Assembly (NCBI RefSeq): GCF_004010195.1
Contig: NC_057719.1
Coordinates: 74,287,063 to 74,344,693, forward strand
DNA length: 57,631 nt
Source: Chiloscyllium plagiosum
Lineage: Eukaryota
Direction: 5' to 3'
Part shown: in pieces, positions 50,300-57,631 of the stretch
Layout of the letters: each line of letters starts with the position of its first letter
How positions within the stretch are numbered: position 1 is the first letter of the stretch
Position numbers and translations under genes: made by a program
Notes under the pieces: generated by a model
What the model was told of the DNA's origin: nothing
The model's database searches: none
The model's input: only the letters and a program-made list of their open reading frames with translations

Positions 50300-52450
50300 C
50301 AGCCCACCACCTGCTTTGACTCTTTCTGCCCCATTCTGGGCTTTGTTCCTCATAGAATGAGAAAGAGACAGGAATTTGGGGAGGTGAAAATGGGTGACAC
50401 AACTGACAGTGCTGATGCTGGGGGAGGTGTCCTGAGTGAGTGAGTAAGCGAGTAAGCAGCACAGAGGGCATGTAGGGTCAGTAGTCTCAGGGGTTGTGTG
50501 TTGAATGACAGAGTGAGGGGAGATGTTGCAGCCAATACAGAGATTGTGGGAGCATGACCCTTGATGTGAGGTAGAGATAGAGTGAGCGTGATGTTTGAGA
50601 TGGTGGCACTCACTCTGGCAAAGTGGAGAAGGATGTTGACCCTCTTCATACAAGGCCGAGCACTCCTCCACACTGCCCTTGGACTACACTGGCGTGATCT
50701 AGTGCCCCCAGCCTCCATAGTCAGTCCAGGAGGAAGTGGACATTCTGTCTCTGCTCCACCCTGCTCCACTAGGAGCACTTTCCCACAAAGTGGGGCACTG
50801 ATTTTCCTTTGTGTGCCATGTATGGGACAAGCATCAGGAAATATGCAGAACAGCTCTGAACTGACAGTGTTTGTCTGCGTGCACAATGGATGTCTAAAGA
50901 TGGGGCTTGTACTAGGAATGCCAGTCAACCTTTGGGTAGCCTGAATGTGGAGAGTTGGTGGTGGCTGCAGAAGCAGGGTGAGCAGTTAACGAGGCATGTT
51001 CGGTCAGGTAAGGTGAGATGAAGTGGTCCAGAGAAATATCATGTCTATTGTCCACAGAGGCACCTGCTCCAGCTGTAGCAATTCCATCAAAAGGAAAGAG
51101 AAGGAAAATGGCTGGCCCAACTCCCAACTTCACTGTCAATGTTTTGAGATGTCAAGTTCTTTCATTGGGGAGACGTTAATCAGGAAGGGGAAGTTAATAC
51201 AGTGCGTTGCATAATGAATACGATGCATGTACCTGAGTCTCTTGCCACCTAATAATGAGAATTTGACCTTCCAGCTCAGACTTAGCTGCAGTAGTGTAAC
51301 TCATCATTGAGCATCTGATTTTTGGACTCTTTCACCAGTTAAGCTGTCACACTTATCGTTATTTCACCCCTCACGGAGATGAAAGACACATACACAGTAT
51401 TTATATATTCCGTGTAGAGTTTATTTTATAATACTTACAATTGTCCACCTAAGTACCAACTGACTGGAGGCCTGATAATGTATTTAATGCAGGCAACAGA
51501 GGTCTTGCCAATGGCTGGAGATTGGCCCTCACCCCCTCTCCGGGAGACACTCACAAATCCTGCCTTGGGTGAAGTGGTAATTGCTGGTAATATACTCACC
51601 AGAGACCCTGGGTCTGCGAGGGAGCTCGCGTACCGGTGAGTGAGCTCAGGGTTATGGTCACTGTTAGAGGATCATGGGAGAGGGAGAGATCAGCAACAAA
51701 GGCAGGGATATAGCTCTCAGTGCACTGTGACATTCCCAATACCTGGTCCTTTACATTGGCTCAGCATTCCTTTGACAAAGACCAACAAATTCCTCGGCAC
51801 CCCTCCAGTGCCAGCCAGCAAATCTCCATGTGGTAAGTTCCTCTCCTGCTAGTAATCAAAACCTGAATTGAAGGCATTAGTGGCCAACTTAAAGGAGAAA
51901 GTGAGGTCTGCAGATGCTGGAGATCAGAGCTGGAAATGTATTGCTGGAAAAGCGCAGCAGGTCAGGCAGCATCCAGGGAACAGGAGAATCGACGTTTCGG
52001 GCATAAGCCAACTTAAAGGCCTCAGTTGGCAATGGGGCAGGAATGTTGTTCATGAGCCTTGGCTCAGGGTTAATTAGTACATAGGTAGGAATTTGGAGTC
52101 AGTACTTGCCAACCTCCAGCCACTTACATGCTCCCCCCCACCTCCAAACCTACTTCAGTGCATTAAATTTCATGCTGCATTCTGGTCAGATGTGGACTGC
52201 AGAGTGGTATTTACTAGGTTGGCCAGACATGGATGTCTCAGCAACCCACAGTGGCTCCAGACTGCTCCTGTGGGGGCCAGACACACCTCCAGCTCTTTGC
52301 ACTCGTTCTGTCTTTACCTGGAATGAGAAAAAGAGAGGTATTGAAGGAGGTGAAATTGAGTGACACAGCCACAGTTAGCACCGGTGCAAGTGGTTGAAAG
52401 GTAGTGTCCCGGGTGAGTAAAGAGGCGGTGCAGAGGTCATGCAGGGTTAG
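50300..52450 (-). mobile_element. Possible decayed PIF/Harbinger transposon remnants (Myb/SANT-like gene pieces)
   Basis: WRSARPCMKRVNILLHFAR followed by GTGAGT near 50610-50680 resembles the end of a Harbinger Myb/SANT exon; weak similarity only. Confidence 0.3.
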
Positions 52451-52964
52451 GGGTGTGGAAAAATGGGGGGAAATGAAAGTGAGGAAAGATGTCGTATGCA
52501 ATAGTAAAAGTCGCAGAGCATGAGCCTTTGTAATTGCCTTTTAGCTAATAATGTAACCTATTTTACTCAGTAATTTTCAGCAATAGTCATACAATAAATT
52601 AACCTTTTGTTGAAGCATAAAGCTGTATAATTAATTGTTTTTTAAAAATCTGCAACACTCAAAACTAGAAAATAGCTGAATGAGCTATAAAATTCACAAC
52701 TCACAGACCACTTTGAGGAGATGTCTGGTGTGTGTCTTGTTAATTGAGCAAATTCCACACTAAGGGGGAAGGAAATTGTTGCACACTTTCCATCATATCA
52801 GGTTGAAATGTGAGACATAGAAATTATGAGGGGGGGGTGCGGTTTTAAAATATTATAACAAATTTAAGATAAGTATTGATAATAATGAAATCAAATTGAT
52901 TTGTGAAATGCATGTTGAAAATTCTACCCCATGAGTTTACACAGATAAATGAACAGGAAATGCT

Positions 52965-53290
52965 GTGCTCTTATTTGCATCTTTCATGGCCTCAGGATTT
53001 CCTAAAATGGTTTGTAGCTAATGAAATACTTTTGAAGTTCAGTCCCTGCTATAACATAAGAAGCACATCAGCCAGTTAGTAATTAGTAACAGAAAGCTCC
53101 CACAATGTCACTGTGTTAATGATCAGACAATCAGTTAGAATGCTGTTGATTGCGGGATAAATATTAACTAGGAACACTTCCTCAAATATCTAAAAGTAAA
53201 CAGACTCTTGATTTAATATCCTTTTCAAATATTATCACCTCCAACAATGCAATCCTCCCTCGACATGAAACCTCGGTTTCCAGTCTCTGG
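52965..53290 (-). mobile_element. Old DeuSINE-like SINE remnant
   Basis: Reverse complement of the tail seen at 4620-4775 (aaagctcccaca, aatgaaatactttt, atttgcat). Confidence 0.45.
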
Positions 53291-53666
53291 AAGAACAACA
53301 AACACTGAAAGTAAATATCATGTGATTGCTTGCAACAGGTTCACATCTTTTAAGTATCATGAAGTATTTTTTTTACCTGCTGTCAATTGTTTGATATATT
53401 ACTGATGTTAATGCACTGCTGTTTAATGATGATTGACCTGCTATGCTATTTAGATTGTAGGAACAGTGTAACAGAGATCAGATATTGCAGTCTAAAGGAA
53501 TGCCATGAGAGATTTATTACTTTTTCACCTGCAACACTGACCACATCATATAAAGAACAAAGCAATGTGTTGCTTCACAATGCAGACAAGTCATGATCAT
53601 TACAGTGAAAGCTTTACCAAAGGGGTGAGTCAAGGCTAAGTATTGCAAGAAAGGAAGGCTGAATAT

Positions 53667-54811
53667 TTCACGACTAATTCAGTAATGCATTTGTTCTCAG
53701 AAACTGTTCACTCAATATCCTCTTTGTTCAGGATTAAGGCACGTTGCACGGAACTCCAAAATGGAATAAAAACTTTAAGACTCAATGTTGTAGTGTAAAC
53801 TATTAATAGGAATATGGAAAATGCTTATGTACATTATCACTTGGAGTGATTAGGACCATAGATGGAAATGTGTTGCTGGAGAAGCGCAGCAGGTCAGGTC
53901 ATGGTCCTAACCGACTCCCACAGCTACCTGGACTACACCTCCTCCCATCCTGCCCCCTGCAAAAACGCCATCCCATTCTCCCAATTCCTTCGACTCCGCC
54001 GCATCTGCTCCCAGGAGGACCAGTTCCAAAAACGCACAACCCAGATGGCCTCCTTCTTCAAGGACCGCAATTTCCCCCCCGACGTGGTCGACGATGCCCC
54101 CCACCTGCGGGGAGTGGAGGTTGGGTTGGTGGGGGGTGTGGATCTGACGGGGGAGTCACGGAGGGAGTGGTCTTTACGGAATGCTGATAGGGGAGGGGAG
54201 GGAAATATATCCTTGGTGGTGGGGTCCGTTTGGAGGTGGCGGAAATGGCGGCGGATGATGCGCTGTACATGGAGGTTAGTGGGGTGGTAGGTGAGGACCA
54301 GTTGGGTTCTGTCCTGGTGGCGGTTGGAGGGGCGGGGTTCAAGGGCGGAGGATCGGGAAGTGGAAGAGATGCGGTGGAGGGCATCGTCGATCACGTCGGG
54401 GGGGAAATTGCGGTCCTTGTAGAAGGAGGCCATCTGGGATGTGCGTTTTTGGAACTGGTCCTCCTGGGAGCAGATGCGGCGGAGTCGAAGGAATTGGGAG
54501 AATGGGATGGCGTTTTTGCAGGGGGCAGGATGGGAGGAGGTGTAGTCCAGGTAGCTGTGGGAGTCGGTTAGGACCATGACCTGACCTGCTGCGCTTCTCC
54601 AGCAACACATTTCCATCTATGGTCCTAATCACTCCAAGTGATAATGTACATAAGCATTTTCCATATTCCTATTAATAGTTTACACTACAACATTGAGTCT
54701 TAAAGTTTTTATTCCATTTTGGAGTTCCGTGCAACGTGCCTTAATCCTGAACAAAGAGGATATTGAGTGAACAGTTTCTGAGAACAAATGCATTACTGAA
54801 TTAGTCGTGAA
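53667..54811. repeat. 439-bp inverted repeat (53667-54105 / 54373-54811) with 267-bp spacer
   Basis: Direct reverse-complement comparison; about 4 mismatches, all in the Penelope part. Confidence 0.95.
54106..54572 (-). mobile_element. Penelope-like element fragment (RT thumb/linker, uninterrupted frame); partial inverted copy 53908-54105
   Basis: TDSHSYLDYTSSHP...KNAIPFSQFLRLRRICS...LVLTYHP...IFPSPPLSAFRKDHSLRD. Confidence 0.9.
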
Positions 54812-54864
54812 GTGATGAGGACCATGACTACTTGGAGACCAGAATCACGTGCAATATTCCAAAA

Positions 54865-55018
54865 ATTACAGCATTTAAAAGACATCTGGATGGGTATATG
54901 AATTGGAAGGGTTTAGAGGGATATGGGCCAAATGCTGGCAAATGGGACTAGATGAGGTTAGGATATCTGGTCGGCAAGGATCTGTTTCCATGCTGTACGT
55001 CTCTATGACTATGACTCT
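54865..55018 (+). mobile_element. CR1 3' end
   Basis: catttaaaagacatctggatggg...tctgtttccatgctgtac...ctatgact tail. Confidence 0.8.
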
Positions 55019-55982
55019 AAAGTGGTTCTCTCTTACAGCCTCATGGCATAATTGGACTCTTTCCCCATATGTAGTTAGTGTTAACTATGTTTGAGTATAA
55101 AGGTAATTCCTGACCCTACATCAAAAAAACTAATGCAATATTTACAAACGTCTCCCCCAGACTCAATCATAGTTCACAGAAGAGCTTATTTAATTGTCGA
55201 ATCATTAACAACAAAGAAACACGAGTTAGCTATTTAACACACTGAGTTTGCTATTTGTCAGTTTTGTAATACTTGCTTTTACTTGCTTTTACTTCATATG
55301 CATTTGTAATGCAAATAAGGCAATTTCTTTCTCTATTATTTTTTAGACTGCTTTTTAAAAATTTGTCACTTTACTGAAGGAGTTAAACCAATTCCAAGAA
55401 GAAGAATCACAATAATCACAATTTGGCATAAGTTTTACAGGTTGAAAATAAAACAAAACAGTAGAAATGTTTTAAAACTGAAGTAAATACTCAAAATACT
55501 GAAAGCACTCCACAAATCAGGCAATGTCTGTGGAAGGAGAAAGTTAACTTCTTCTAATCATTCATCATTTGGAATTTATTCAAATATGTGCCTTGGCAGT
55601 GTTATTTAATTTGAAAGACAGTTCTTACATTCTGATTGGCCCAGTTCATTTTTATTTGGAATGCATTTATCTTCATGTCTTGTTCACATTAGTCTGTACC
55701 ATTCAGAGAGAGATAGTCAGGCGAGATAGCTACCATTAACCACAGGAAAATGAAAAGAACTGCTATGAAAGAACAACAGAACAACTTTCATTCATACATT
55801 GTCTTTGAAAATAGTAAAACATCCCAAAGCCTTTCACAAGAACAATAATCAGACAAAATGTGGCACCAAGCCGCATAAAGAATATAGATGACAGTTAACC
55901 TTCATCAAAGAACATCCTAAAGGAGGGAGCGAGCAGAGGGTGACTAGTTTGGGAAGGAATTTTAAAGCTGACAATCTGGTGA

Positions 55983-57631
55983 TAGAGTCATAGAGTCATA
56001 GAGATGTACAGCATGGAAACAGACCCTTCGGTCCAACCCGTCCATGCCAACCAGATATCCCAACCAATCTAGTCCCACCTGCCAGCACCCGGCCCATATC
56101 CCTCCAAACCCTTCCTATTCATATACCCATCCAAATGCCTCTTAAAGTGTACCAGCCTCCACCACTTCCTCTGGCAATTCATTCCATATATCTACCGCCC
56201 TCTGTGTGAAAGAGTTGCCCCGTAGGTCTCTTTTATATCTTTCCCCTCTCACCATAAACCTATGCCCTCTAGTTCTGGACTCCCTGACCCCAGAGAAAAG
56301 ACTTTGCCTATTTACCCTATCCATGCCCCTCATAATTTTGTAAACCTCTATGAGGTCACTCCTCAGCCTCCGACGCTCCAGGAAAAACAGCCCCAGCCTG
56401 TTCAGCCTCTCTCTATAGCTTAAATCCTCCAACTCTGGCAACATCTTTGTAAATCTTTTCTGAACACTTTCAAGTTTCACAACATCTTTCCAATAGGAAG
56501 GAGACCAGAATTGCATGCAATATTCCAAAAGTGGCCTAACCAATGTCGTGTTCAGCCACAACATGACCTCCCAACTCCTGTACTCAATACTCTGACCAAT
56601 AATGGGAAGCATACCTAACGCCTTCTTCACTATCCTATCTACCTGCGACTCCACTTTCAAGGAGCTATGAACCTGCACTCCAAGGTTGCTTTGTTCAGCA
56701 ACACTCCCTAGGACCTTACCATTAAGTGTATAAGTCCTGCTAAGATTTGCTTTCCCAAAATGCAGCACCTCGCATTTATCTGAATTAAACTCCATCTGCC
56801 ACTTCTCCCCCCATTGGCCCATCTGGTCAAGATCCTGTTGTAATCTGAGGTAAACCTGTTCGCTGTCCACTACACCTCCAATTTTGGTGTCATCTGCAAA
56901 CTTACTAACTGTACCTTTTACGCTCGCATCCAAATCATTTATGTAAATGACAAAAGTAGAGGACCCAGCACCGATCCTGTATTCCATGAGATCTAACCTT
57001 GCTAATCAGTCTCCCATGGGAACCTTGTCGAACGCCTTACTGAAGTCCACATAGATCACATCTACCGCTCTGCCCTGATCAATCCTCTTTGTTACTTCCT
57101 CAAAAAACTCAATCAAGAGACATGATTTCCCACGCACAAAGCCATGTTGACTATCCCTAATCAGTTCTTGCCTATCCAAATACATGTACATCCTGTCCCT
57201 CAGGATTCCCTCCAACGACCTGCCCACCACTGACATCAGGTTCATTGGTCTATAGTTCCCTGGCTTGTCCTTACCACCCTTCTTAAACAGTGGCACCACG
57301 TTAGCCAATCTCCAGTCTTCCGGCACCACACCTGTGCCAACGATGATACAAATATCTCAGTAAAAGGCCCAGCAATCACTCCTCTAACTTCCCACAGAGT
57401 TCTAGGGTACACCTGATCAGGTCCTGGGGATTTATCCATCTTTACCCGTTTCAAGACATCCAGCACTTCCTCCACTGTAATCTGGACATTTTGCAAGGTG
57501 TCACCATCTATTTCCCTACAGTCTATATCTTCCATATCCTTTTCCACAGTAAATACTGATGCAAAATATTCATTTAGTATCTCCCCCATTTTCTGCGGCT
57601 CCACACAAAGGCCACCTTGCTGATCTTTGAG
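55983..57631 (-). mobile_element. Young CR1 ORF2 (RT) with internal deletion, running off the window end
   Basis: ORFs of 281, 107 and 120 aa: [50 protein letters not shown]; ctatgact tail repeats. Confidence 0.93.

Noticed and set aside
56142..56987. 281-aa ORF as a host gene
   Set aside because: It is CR1 reverse transcriptase with an upstream deletion and frameshifts.

Overview
Vertebrate genomic DNA, most likely a shark (inferred from HE1/V-SINEs, DeuSINE-like elements and abundant CR1/HER1-type LINEs). It holds two tandem + strand, three-exon type-I acyl-CoA thioesterase genes (ACOT1/ACOT2/BAAT family, alpha/beta hydrolase). Gene A = join(382..970,3590..3792,10467..11036), 453 aa. Gene B = join(18982..19546,34136..34338,37519..38088), 445 aa, or 413 aa from a second ATG at 19078. 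Both have canonical GT-AG junctions, a 203-nt middle exon, an intact Ser-Asp-His triad and no C-terminal PTS1. The rest is nested retroelements (CR1, L2, Rex1/Babar, Penelope-like, tRNA SINEs), possible Harbinger remnants, minisatellites and two N gaps. The most notable non-coding signal is three distinct families of Penelope-derived fold-back elements carrying minimal hammerhead-ribozyme cores in both orientations, with clean target-site duplications (29103-29323, 39038-39262, 42300-43165). There is also a 439-bp near-perfect inverted duplication (53667-54811) and two apparent locally templated insertions. All calls are by eye and repeat boundaries are approximate; no database searches were run.
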